Below are positions 55,759 to 64,000 of a stretch of 64,000 nt of DNA, piece after piece (the first letter of the stretch is position 1; each line of letters starts with the position of its first letter). The position numbers were made by a program, and so were the translations under genes. The notes under the pieces are model-generated. The model did no database searches. It was not told the DNA's origin and saw nothing but the letters and a program-made list of their open reading frames with translations. The stretch is from contig JAZJZH010000012.1 in the NCBI GenBank assembly GCA_040389985.1, positions 35,027-99,026 of the forward strand, given 5' to 3'. The stretch is from Pseudomonadota bacterium (GTDB lineage: Bacteria > Pseudomonadota > Alphaproteobacteria > Sphingomonadales > Sphingomonadaceae).

Positions 55759-55770
55759 GCATACGTATGC
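55759..55770. promoter_or_regulatory. perfect 12-bp palindrome GCATACGTATGC (candidate LacI operator)
   Basis: Central-CG palindrome in the 277-bp divergent region between LacI and the TonB receptor. It is embedded in ATGCATAATATGCGCATACGTATGC, which also contains the palindrome ATGCGCAT. Confidence 0.5.
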
Positions 55771-55905
55771 CTGCTGGCGGGGCGAGGCGAGCGGGGCGTA
55801 AGAGGCCTCATCCGCAGGAACGTGGCGCTGCACAGCCACGCCTGCGGCCAGGGTTCCAGCACCGGCGAACAGGGTCTGCCGGTGTCCATGGGGGAGAGGA
55901 TAAAA

Positions 55906-58587
55906 GTGGCTCATCATCATAACCGCGTCCGTTTGTTCGGCGCATCGCTTCTGGCCATTATGGCGACCGCCGGTCCAGCCTTCGCGCAGGACCCGCCGCA
56001 GGATGCGGCCGGTGACACAATCGTCGTCACCGGCTTTCGCGCCGCGCTCCAAAGCGCCGTCAACGTAAAGAAGAACGCCGCGCAGATCGTGGAATCGGTG
56101 TCCGCCGAGGATATCGGCCGGTTGCCCGACGCATCGATCGGCGAGTCCATAGCCCGCCTTCCCGGCCTGACGTCGCAGCGCCTGTTCGGCCGCGCCAATT
56201 CGATCGCGATCCGCGGCGCCAGCGCCGACCTCTCCTCCACCACGCTCAATGGCCGTCCGCAGACGTCGACCGGCGAACAGCGCAATGTCGAGTTCGACCA
56301 GTATCCCTCCGAAGTCGTGAGCCGCGTGGACGTGTTCAAGTCGCCGCAGGCCAACCTCATCAACCAGGGCCTCGCCGGCACCGTCGATATCCGCACCATC
56401 CGCCCGCTCGACTATGGCAAAGAACTGTTCTCGGTCGGCGCGCGCGGCGTCTATACCGACCTGGGCAAGGTCAATGCCGACAGCAAGGACAAGGGCTATC
56501 GCCTGACCGGCACCTATGTCGGCCAGTTCGCGGGCGACCGCATCGGCGTGTCGCTGTCCGCCGCCTATAATGACGAACCCTATCAGTCGAAGGAGTTCGA
56601 AGCCTGGGGCTATGCCGACGGGCCGAACGGCGACAAGGTCATCGGCGGGATCAAGCCGTTCGGCGTTTCGACGCAGTTGAAGCGCCTGGGCATCCAGGGC
56701 GCAGTGCAGGTGCAGGCGACCGACACGCTGCTGCTGACCTTCGATGGCTTTTATGGCGATTTCAAGGAAAAGCAGATCAAGCGCGGCGTCGAATTTCCGC
56801 TCTACTGGAGCGGCGCGACGCTGGTGCCCGCCAGCATCGGCACCGACGGCGATTTCATCAACAAGGGCACCTTCACCGGGGTCGAGGCGGTGGTCAACAA
56901 CCATGGTTATGAGCGCAAGTCGACCATTGTTTCGGGCGGCTTCAACGGCAAATATACCGGCGACGATGGCTGGTCGACCAGTTTCGATTTCGGCTATTCG
57001 CGCACCGACCGCAGCGAATTGTCGCTCGAATCCAATGCGGGCACCGGCTATGGTCCCGGCAATGGCGCCACCGACACGCTGGATTTCGTGAGCGGGGCCA
57101 AGGGCACGCGCTTTACCTCCAGCCTGCTCGACTATAGCGATCCCAATCTGATGGTGCTGACCGACCCGCTGGGTTGGGGTGCCGGCGCGCCGCTGGGCCA
57201 TCAGGAGGGCTATTATAACAACCGCATAATCGATGATGAGATCAAGAGCTACCAGTTGGAGTTCGGCAAGGAGATCGAGGGCGGCTTCCTGTCGAAGATC
57301 ACGGCGGGGCTGGGCTATGTCGACCGGACCAAGGCGAAGACGCCGGAAGAATATGTGCTGAACCTGGCCAATGGCGCGACGTCGCTGGTGCTGCCGGAAC
57401 AATATCGCCTGGCCGCGACCGACCTGAGCTTTATCGGCATAGGCCCGATCCTGTCCTACGACCCGTTCAAGCTGCTGGCCGACGGCGTCTATATCAAGAC
57501 GCTCAATCCCAGCAAGGACGTGCCGGCCAAGGCCTATTCGGTGACCGAGCGGGTGATGTCCGCCTATCTGATGGCCAATATCAAATCGGACGTTGGATCG
57601 GCGGAACTGACCGGCAATATCGGCGTACTCGCGCAGAATACCGAACAGAAGTCGCGCGGTTTCGTCAACCTGGCGGCGGCCGACCTGGTGCCCACGACGC
57701 GCGGCGACAATTATTGGGACGTGCTGCCCAGCATGAACATGTCGCTGCGCTTTCCCAGCGACTTCATCGTCCGCCTGGCGGCCGCGCGCGAAATCCAGCG
57801 CCCCCGGTTCGAGGATATGAAGGTCAGCCTGGATTATGGCTACAACACCGCCAGCGGCGTCATCACCGGCACCGGCGGCAATCCCACGCTGCGCCCCTAT
57901 CGCGCCTGGGCGGCGGACCTGAATTTCGAGAAATATTTCGGGACCAAGGGCTATGTCAGCCTGCAACTCTTCGCCAAGAAGCTGCAAAGCTATGTCTATC
58001 GCAAAACCGAAGCGTTCGATTATAGCGGCCTGCCGGTGGTCCTGCCGCCAGGCGTCGTCGATCCCGCCGGCACGATCACCCGGCCGGTCAATGGCAAAGG
58101 CGGCAAGCTATACGGCTTCGAAGTCGCTGGCACGGTGCCGTTCGACATCGTGACGCCCGCGCTGCAGGGCTTTGGCCTGACGGGCGGCGTGGGCTATACC
58201 AAGACCAGCATCAAACCGGGCGTGGGCGCGGCGGCCGAAGACCTGCCCGACTATTCGCGCTGGGTCGCCAACGGCACGTTGTTCTTCGAAAAATGGGGCT
58301 TCAACGCGCGTGGTTCGGTGCGCTACCGCTCGTCCTTCGTCGGCCAGTTCGTCGGTTTTGGCGGTGAACGGGAATTGCGTAGGGCCTTGAGCGAAACCAT
58401 CGTCGACGCGCAGGTCGGCTATGATTTCCAGAAGGGCAGCGCATTGGATGGCCTGTCGATCTTCGTCCAGGGCCAGAATCTGACCGACGAACCGTTCGTA
58501 TCGGTCGATACCGGCGCGTCGATCCAGGTCCGCAACTATCAAAGCTATGGCCGCCGTTTCATGGCGGGCTTCAACTACCGCTTCTGA
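55906..58587 (+). CDS. TonB-dependent receptor (MalA-like carbohydrate type)
   Basis: Inner part of ORF 55588..58587. GTG 55906 is preceded by GGAGAGGA (ATG 55888 is the alternative). Signal peptide (M)AHHHNRVRLFGASLLAIMATAGPAFAQ. Plug TIVVTGFRAALQSAVNVKKNAAQIVESVSAEDIGRLPDASIGESIARLPG. C-terminal ..GFNYRF. Confidence 0.92.
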   Translation: MAHHHNRVRLFGASLLAIMATAGPAFAQDPPQDAAGDTIVVTGFRAALQSAVNVKKNAAQIVESVSAEDIGRLPDASIGESIARLPGLTSQRLFGRANSIAIRGASADLSSTTLNGRPQTSTGEQRNVEFDQYPSEVVSRVDVFKSPQANLINQGLAGTVDIRTIRPLDYGKELFSVGARGVYTDLGKVNADSKDKGYRLTGTYVGQFAGDRIGVSLSAAYNDEPYQSKEFEAWGYADGPNGDKVIGGIKPFGVSTQLKRLGIQGAVQVQATDTLLLTFDGFYGDFKEKQIKRGVEFPLYWSGATLVPASIGTDGDFINKGTFTGVEAVVNNHGYERKSTIVSGGFNGKYTGDDGWSTSFDFGYSRTDRSELSLESNAGTGYGPGNGATDTLDFVSGAKGTRFTSSLLDYSDPNLMVLTDPLGWGAGAPLGHQEGYYNNRIIDDEIKSYQLEFGKEIEGGFLSKITAGLGYVDRTKAKTPEEYVLNLANGATSLVLPEQYRLAATDLSFIGIGPILSYDPFKLLADGVYIKTLNPSKDVPAKAYSVTERVMSAYLMANIKSDVGSAELTGNIGVLAQNTEQKSRGFVNLAAADLVPTTRGDNYWDVLPSMNMSLRFPSDFIVRLAAAREIQRPRFEDMKVSLDYGYNTASGVITGTGGNPTLRPYRAWAADLNFEKYFGTKGYVSLQLFAKKLQSYVYRKTEAFDYSGLPVVLPPGVVDPAGTITRPVNGKGGKLYGFEVAGTVPFDIVTPALQGFGLTGGVGYTKTSIKPGVGAAAEDLPDYSRWVANGTLFFEKWGFNARGSVRYRSSFVGQFVGFGGERELRRALSETIVDAQVGYDFQKGSALDGLSIFVQGQNLTDEPFVSVDTGASIQVRNYQSYGRRFMAGFNYRF

Positions 58588-58597
58588 TGTGTAGAGT

Positions 58598-58631
58598 GGC
58601 CCGGCGGCCTTGTCGTCGCCGGGCCTTTTTT
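58598..58631 (+). terminator. rho-independent terminator
   Basis: GGCCCGGCG (58598..58606) / CGCCGGGCC (58617..58625), followed by TTTTTT (58626..58631), 11 nt after the receptor stop. Confidence 0.8.
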
Positions 58632-58658
58632 CAAGGTTCAAGTAAAGGGGTGCCCGTG

Positions 58659-60488
58659 ATGGGTCGAACGGCCACGAGATTGTTCGTGACGGCCGCCGGG
58701 GTCGGTGCGGCTCTTCTGGGCGCGCCGCTGGCGATCGCCGACACGCTGGGCGACTTGCGCGCCCGCACGCCCGAACAGGAGATCGTCTATTTCGTCCTGC
58801 CCGACCGCTTCGCCAATGGCGACCGCAAGAATGACAAGGGCGGCCTGAAGGGCGGGCCGCTCCAGACCGGCTATGATCCCACTTCGCGCGCCTTCTATCA
58901 TGGCGGTGACCTCAAAGGGCTGACCGCGAAGCTGGATTATATCCAGGGGCTGGGCGCGACCGCGATCTGGCTGGCGCCGGTGTTCAAGAACAAGCCGGTG
59001 CAGGGCACCAAAGGGCAGGAAAGCGCAGGCTATCACGGCTATTGGGTGACCGACTTCACCACCGTCGATCCGCATTTCGGCAGCGACGCCGACTTCAAGG
59101 CGCTGGTCGATGCCGCCCACGGGCGCGGCATGAAAGTCTATATGGACATCATCGCCAACCATACGGCCGATGTGATCCAGTATCGCGAAAGCCCGACCAG
59201 CGCGGCGCCCTATCGCAATAAGGCCGACTATCCCTGGTCGCGGCGTGGCGGCGTGGCTGGCCCGCCGATCAATGCAGGCTTTGTCGGCGACCAGGACGGT
59301 AGCGCCGCCAATTGGGCGAAGCTGACCGATCCGGCCTTCGCCTACACCCCGGTCGTGCCGAAGGGCGAGGAGACGGTCAAAGTCCCCGCCTGGCTCAACG
59401 ACCCCCTCTATTATCATAATCGCGGCGACACCGACTGGAAGGGCGAGAGTTCGCAATATGGCGATTTCGTCGGATTGGACGACCTGGCGACCGAAGACCC
59501 GCGGGTGGTGGATGGCTTCATCGCCATATATAAAGGCTGGATCGATCGCTTCGGCATTGACGGATACCGCATCGACACCGCGCGCCATGTGAATGCGGCA
59601 TTCTGGCGCGCCTTCATCCCAGCCATCCGCGCCCATGCCGCGGCGAAAGGCATCCCCAACTTCCATGTGTTCGGCGAAGTCGCGACCGATGCCTATGATC
59701 CCGCGCTGCTGGCCAGTTGGACGCGCAACGCCGGATTTCCCGCCGTACTCGACTTCGCCTTCATGCGCGCGGCGGTCGATGCGGCCAGTGGCAAGAGCGG
59801 CACGGACATGCTGGCGCGGTTGGGGGAGGATGATGCCCTTTATGAAGGCGGCAAGGCGGCGGCGCTGCAACTCCCGACCTTCCTGGGCAATCATGACGCG
59901 GGCCGCTTCGCCTGGTTCCTGCGGCAGGCGAAGCCGGGCATGAGCGTGGAGGAGGAATTGGCGCGCGCCCTGCTCGGCCATGCGATGCTGTTGACGCTGC
60001 GCGGCGTGCCCACGCTGTATTATGGCGACGAGCAGGGTTTCGCCGGCACTGGCAACGACCAGCAGGCGCGGCAGGACATGTTTGCCTCGAAAGTCGCCGA
60101 ATATAATGCGGACAGGCTGGTCGGCACCGCATCGACCACCGCAACCGATAATTTCCATGCCGATCATCCACTCTATCGCGCGATAGCAAAGCTGGCGAAA
60201 ATTCGCCGCGATACCCCCGCTTTGTCGCGCGGCGCGACTGTGCTGCGCGCCAGTTCGGACAAGCCCGGCCTGTTCGCCGTGTCGCGCATAGACCCCGATA
60301 CCGGCCGCGAAGTGCTGGTGGCGTTCAATACGTCGTCCGCGCCGCTATCAACCAATGTCGCGGTCGATCCCGCCAGCGGCGGCTTCACGACGCTGGCGGG
60401 CGCCTGCCCCGCAACCCCGGCCGCACCGGGCAGCATCGCCCTCTCCCTCCCCGCTTTCGGCTATGCCGTCTGCGCCGCCCACCCCTAA
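58659..60488 (+). CDS. secreted GH13 alpha-amylase family enzyme
   Basis: ATG 58659 with signal peptide MGRTATRLFVTAAGVGAALLGAPLAIA. GH13 regions DRFANGD, GYHGYW, VYMDIIANHTA, GIDGYRIDTARHV, FGEV, FLGNHD. Confidence 0.9.
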   Translation: MGRTATRLFVTAAGVGAALLGAPLAIADTLGDLRARTPEQEIVYFVLPDRFANGDRKNDKGGLKGGPLQTGYDPTSRAFYHGGDLKGLTAKLDYIQGLGATAIWLAPVFKNKPVQGTKGQESAGYHGYWVTDFTTVDPHFGSDADFKALVDAAHGRGMKVYMDIIANHTADVIQYRESPTSAAPYRNKADYPWSRRGGVAGPPINAGFVGDQDGSAANWAKLTDPAFAYTPVVPKGEETVKVPAWLNDPLYYHNRGDTDWKGESSQYGDFVGLDDLATEDPRVVDGFIAIYKGWIDRFGIDGYRIDTARHVNAAFWRAFIPAIRAHAAAKGIPNFHVFGEVATDAYDPALLASWTRNAGFPAVLDFAFMRAAVDAASGKSGTDMLARLGEDDALYEGGKAAALQLPTFLGNHDAGRFAWFLRQAKPGMSVEEELARALLGHAMLLTLRGVPTLYYGDEQGFAGTGNDQQARQDMFASKVAEYNADRLVGTASTTATDNFHADHPLYRAIAKLAKIRRDTPALSRGATVLRASSDKPGLFAVSRIDPDTGREVLVAFNTSSAPLSTNVAVDPASGGFTTLAGACPATPAAPGSIALSLPAFGYAVCAAHP

Positions 60489-60505
60489 CCGCCGGAACGC
60501 CCCCT

Positions 60506-62113
60506 ATGACGCTTGCGACGACATCGACCGATCAGCCCTGGTGGAAGGGGGCGGTGATCTATCAAATCTATCCGCGCAGTTTTCAGGACAGCAATCACGA
60601 CGGCATCGGCGACCTGAACGGGATCACCCAGCGACTGGAGCATATCGCTCGGCTCGGCGCGGACGCGATCTGGATTTCGCCTTTCTTCACCTCGCCCATG
60701 CGCGATTTCGGCTATGACATTGCCGATTATTGCGGCGTCGACCCTATTTTCGGCACCCTGGCCGATTTCGATGCGCTGGTGGCGCGCGCCCATGCGCTGG
60801 GCCTCAAAGTCACGATCGACCAGGTCTATGCCCATACGTCCGACCTGCACGACTGGTTCGTGGACAGCCGCGCCAGCGGCAGCGGTGACAAGGCGGACTG
60901 GTATGTCTGGGCCGATCCCAAGGAAGACGGCACCCCGCCCAATAATTGGCAGTCGGTGTTCGGCGGCCCGGCCTGGACCTGGGACGGGCGGCGCGGCCAA
61001 TATTATATGCATCAGTTTCTGACCAGCCAGCCGCAACTCAACGTCCATGTGCCAGCGGTGCAGGACGCATTGCTCGGCGCGATGCGCTTCTGGCTGGATC
61101 GCGGGGTGGACGGCTTCCGCCTCGATGCGCTTAACCATTCGATGCACGATCCTTTGCTGCGCGACAATCCGCCTGCGCCCGACACCGGCAAGCCGCGCAC
61201 CCGGTCGTTCGATTATCAGATCAAGACATATAGCCAGTCGCATCCCGGCGTGGTCGATTTCATCAAGCGCATCCGCACGCTCTGCGACGAATATGGCGCG
61301 ATCTTCACCGTGGCGGAGGTCGGCGGCGACCTGTCCGAGACGGAGATGAAGGCCTATACGGCGGGCGAGACGCATCTCAACAGCGCCTATGGCTTCAACT
61401 TCCTCTATGCCGACGCGCTGACGCCCGCTCTGGTGGCCGACACGGTCGATCGCTGGCCCGACGAACCGGGCATGGGCTGGCCAAGCTGGGCGTTCGAGAA
61501 TCATGATGCGCCGCGCGCGCTGTCGCGCTGGTGCGCGCCGCAGGATCGCCCGGCGTTCGGACGGCTGAAGGCGATGCTGCTGGTTGCGCTGCGCGGCAAC
61601 GCCATCCTCTATCAAGGCGAGGAACTGGGGATCACCCAGGTCGATATTCCCTTCGAAAAGCTGCAAGACCCCGAAGCGATCGCCAATTGGCCGCTGACCC
61701 TGTCGCGCGACGGCGCGCGCACGCCGCTGCCTTGGGCCGCCGATGCGGCGCAGGCGGGCTTTTCCAGCGTCGAACCTTGGTTACCCCATGGTGCGGATCA
61801 TTTGACGCTGGCGGTTGACGCGCAGGAGGCTGATCCTGCTTCACTGCTGCACCACACCCGCGCGATGCTGGCGCTGCGCAAGGCGAACCCGGCGCTGCGG
61901 CATGGCAGCCTGGAGATACTCATCGCCGACGACCAGCGACTGCTGTTCCGCCGCACCGCCTACGGCCAGTCGCTGCTCTGCTTGTTCAACCTGTCCGCCG
62001 AGCTGGCGGCGTGGCCCGAAGCCATAGCTCCCACCAACAAACTGCTGTCCGCCGTCAATGGCGCCACGCCCGGCACCCTGCCGCCCTTCGGCGCGCTGAT
62101 CATCGAAGAATAA
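60506..62113 (+). CDS. GH13 alpha-glucosidase (oligo-1,6-glucosidase/AglA-like), cytoplasmic
   Basis: Motifs WWKGAVIYQIYPRSFQDSNHDGIGDLNGI, DIADYCGVDP, GVDGFRLDALNH, AEVGG, ENHDAPR. Confidence 0.92.
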   Translation: MTLATTSTDQPWWKGAVIYQIYPRSFQDSNHDGIGDLNGITQRLEHIARLGADAIWISPFFTSPMRDFGYDIADYCGVDPIFGTLADFDALVARAHALGLKVTIDQVYAHTSDLHDWFVDSRASGSGDKADWYVWADPKEDGTPPNNWQSVFGGPAWTWDGRRGQYYMHQFLTSQPQLNVHVPAVQDALLGAMRFWLDRGVDGFRLDALNHSMHDPLLRDNPPAPDTGKPRTRSFDYQIKTYSQSHPGVVDFIKRIRTLCDEYGAIFTVAEVGGDLSETEMKAYTAGETHLNSAYGFNFLYADALTPALVADTVDRWPDEPGMGWPSWAFENHDAPRALSRWCAPQDRPAFGRLKAMLLVALRGNAILYQGEELGITQVDIPFEKLQDPEAIANWPLTLSRDGARTPLPWAADAAQAGFSSVEPWLPHGADHLTLAVDAQEADPASLLHHTRAMLALRKANPALRHGSLEILIADDQRLLFRRTAYGQSLLCLFNLSAELAAWPEAIAPTNKLLSAVNGATPGTLPPFGALIIEE

Positions 62114-62125
62114 GGAGACGCCCCA

Positions 62126-64000
62126 ATGCTGAACCTGTCGCTGCGCGCTTGCGCGCTGACCCTTCCGTTCGTCTTCATGACGCCGGTCCTTGCGCAGGAG
62201 GCGCGCCCTGCCGTCACCGCCGCCTCGCCCGACGGGTCTATCGTGCTGACCGTTTCCACCGACAATGACAGCCGCCCCACCTGGTCGTTGTCACGCAAGG
62301 GCAAGCTGCTGATCGCGCCGTCGAAGCTGGGCTTCATTCTGACCGACGGGCTCAACATGGTGCGCGGCTTTTCCATCGCCGGGTCAGCCACGGGCCAGGG
62401 CGACAATCGCTGGGAGCAGCCCTGGGGCGAGCGCCGTTTCGTGACCGATCGGCATAATGCAGTCACGGTCCGTTTCCGCCAGTCCGCAATCCAGGGCGGG
62501 CGGTTGATGAACGTGCATTTCCGCCTGTTCGACGACGGCGTCGGCTTTCGCTACGAATTGCCGGAGCAACCCGGCCTCAAAACGATGAAGATCGCCGACG
62601 AGACGACCGAGTTCGATATCGCGCCCAAGGGGCAGGCCTGGTGGATACCGGGCGGCGAATGGAACCGCTACGAACAGGTTTATCAGAAGACGCCGATCGA
62701 CGCTGTGTCCACCGCCCACACGCCCATCACCATGCGGCTGGACCATGGCACGCACCTGAGTTTCCACGAAGCGGCGCTGGTAGATTATTCGGCCTATTTG
62801 CTGAAACGCGCAACCGGCCAGATCTTCCGCACAACCCTCTCCCCTTCCTCGCAGGGCGCGCGGGTGATCCGCGACCTGCCGTTCAACACGCCGTGGCGCA
62901 CCATCCGCATCGCCGACGATGCGGCGGGGCTGGTCGAGAATGATCTGGAATTGAACCTCAACGAACCCAATAAACTGGGCGATGTCAGCTGGTTCAAGCC
63001 CGCCAAATATATCGGCCTCTGGTGGGGCATGATCCGGGGCGACTGGACATGGGCGGAGGGACCAAAACACGGCGCCACCACCGCAAGGACGAAGCAATAT
63101 ATCGACTTTGCGGCCAAGCACGGCTTTCGCGGCGTACTGGTCGAAGGGTGGGACAAGGGCTGGAACGGCGACTGGTTCGGCCATGGCGACGATTTCAGCT
63201 ACACCCAGTCCACGCCCGACTTCGATCTGCCGGGCCTGGCCAACTATGCGAAAAAGAAGGGCGTCTACCTGATCGGCCATCATGAGACGGGCGGCAATAT
63301 CGCCAATTATGAAGCGCAATTGGACGACGCGATGAAGCTCTATGGCGGCCTGGGCGTCGATGTCGTCAAGACCGGCTATGTCGCGGACGCGGGCGGGATC
63401 ATCGCGTCCGGCGATACGCCGGGTCAGACCCGCATGGAATATCATGACGGTCAGCGCATGGCGCAGCATCATCTGCGCGTCGTGGAGACGGCGGCCAAAT
63501 ATCATGTCGCGATCAATGCGCATGAGCCGATCAAGGACACCGGCCTGCGCCGCACCTATCCTAATTGGGTCGGGCGCGAAGGCGCGCGCGGCATGGAATA
63601 TAATGCCTGGGGCATATTTGCGAACGGGCCGGACCATGAACCCACGCTGGTCTACACGCGGATGCTGTCCGGGCCGATGGACTTCACGCCGGGCGTGCTG
63701 AGCCTGGAGGGGGCGGACCATGCGCCGCTGGCGTCCACGCTGGCGAAGCAACTCGGCCTATATCTCGCCATTTACTCGCCGATCCAGATGGCGGCGGATT
63801 TTGTCGAGACGCTGGCCAAATATCCCATGGAACTGGATTTCATATCCAAGGTGCCCGCCGACTGGAGCGAAAGCCATCTGATCGCGGGCGAAGTGGGTGA
63901 CTATGCCATGTTCGCGCGCAAGGACCGTAACAGCGCGAACTGGTATGTCGGCGGCGTCAACGACGCGACCGCGCGGACGGTGACGCTCAGCTTCGACTAT
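62126..64000 (+). CDS. GH97 alpha-glucosidase (SusB-like), N-terminal 625 codons; 3' end beyond the window
   Basis: Not in the ORF track (no stop in the window). ATG 62126 follows AAGGAGA. My translation reads MLNLSLRACALTLPFVFMTPVLAQE (signal peptide) ..SPDGSIVLTVSTDNDSRPTWSLSRKGKLLIAPSKLGFIL.. WFKPAKYIGLWWGM.. GFRGVLVEGWDKGWNGDW.. GHHETGGN.. NAHEPIKDTGLRRTYPNW..REGARGMEYNAW. The frame stays open to position 64000. Confidence 0.88.
   Translation, partial: MLNLSLRACALTLPFVFMTPVLAQEARPAVTAASPDGSIVLTVSTDNDSRPTWSLSRKGKLLIAPSKLGFILTDGLNMVRGFSIAGSATGQGDNRWEQPWGERRFVTDRHNAVTVRFRQSAIQGGRLMNVHFRLFDDGVGFRYELPEQPGLKTMKIADETTEFDIAPKGQAWWIPGGEWNRYEQVYQKTPIDAVSTAHTPITMRLDHGTHLSFHEAALVDYSAYLLKRATGQIFRTTLSPSSQGARVIRDLPFNTPWRTIRIADDAAGLVENDLELNLNEPNKLGDVSWFKPAKYIGLWWGMIRGDWTWAEGPKHGATTARTKQYIDFAAKHGFRGVLVEGWDKGWNGDWFGHGDDFSYTQSTPDFDLPGLANYAKKKGVYLIGHHETGGNIANYEAQLDDAMKLYGGLGVDVVKTGYVADAGGIIASGDTPGQTRMEYHDGQRMAQHHLRVVETAAKYHVAINAHEPIKDTGLRRTYPNWVGREGARGMEYNAWGIFANGPDHEPTLVYTRMLSGPMDFTPGVLSLEGADHAPLASTLAKQLGLYLAIYSPIQMAADFVETLAKYPMELDFISKVPADWSESHLIAGEVGDYAMFARKDRNSANWYVGGVNDATARTVTLSFDY

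Overview
This is a high-GC (about mid-60s % by eye, not computed), very gene-dense bacterial chromosomal window. The gene content suggests an alphaproteobacterium, probably Sphingomonadaceae-like (inference): four TonB-dependent receptors, GPH/SLC45-type MFS sugar carriers, LacI-controlled glycan loci and many ATGA-coupled genes. I call 49 CDS (two cut by the window edges) and one clear gene remnant. I recognised no rRNA, tRNA, CRISPR array, transposase or integrase.

Gene order:
- (i) 1-3.3 kb: partial TonB receptor, gene remnants, type-B carboxylesterase.
- (ii) 3.5-5.7 kb: DUF3649 / PepSY-TM (FoxB/PiuB-like) / DUF3325 membrane module.
- (iii) 5.7-13.8 kb: OmpR-type two-component pair divergent from a tripartite RND efflux pump.
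- (iv) 13.8-15.4 kb: AT-richer patch with an orphan CDP-alcohol phosphatidyltransferase and small unknown ORFs.
- (v) 15.4-24.2 kb: sux-like sucrose/fructan locus (two MFS carriers, LacI, TonB receptor, GH68, ROK fructokinase).
- (vi) 24.4-44.4 kb: one ~20-kb, 18-gene, mostly translationally coupled purine-catabolism operon. It holds a BASS transporter, AtzE-like amidase, AzgA-type permease, secreted nucleosidase, GGT-fold hydrolase, allC, class-V aminotransferase, puuE, AtzH-like protein, uraD, a flavoprotein, uraH, xdhABC, guaD, HAD hydrolase and an adenine/adenosine deaminase.
- (vii) 44.4-46.6 kb: LOG-family protein, phosphoribosyltransferase, LysR.
- (viii) 46.7-54.6 kb: a TonB-receptor-centred locus with two secreted NUP-family proteins, a secreted long adenosine deaminase and an NCS2 permease.
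- (ix) 54.6-64 kb: maltodextrin locus (LacI, TonB receptor, GH13 amylase, GH13 alpha-glucosidase, partial GH97).

The most interesting candidates are:
- An AtzE/AtzG/AtzH-like amidohydrolase set wired into the purine operon where the ureidoglycolate branch is missing. This could be a new hydrolytic oxalurate route.
- The AtzG-like peptide apparently fused to the C-terminus of the BASS transporter.
- The TonB-dependent periplasmic nucleoside-processing locus.

All functional calls come from reading motifs in the translations. No database search was possible.
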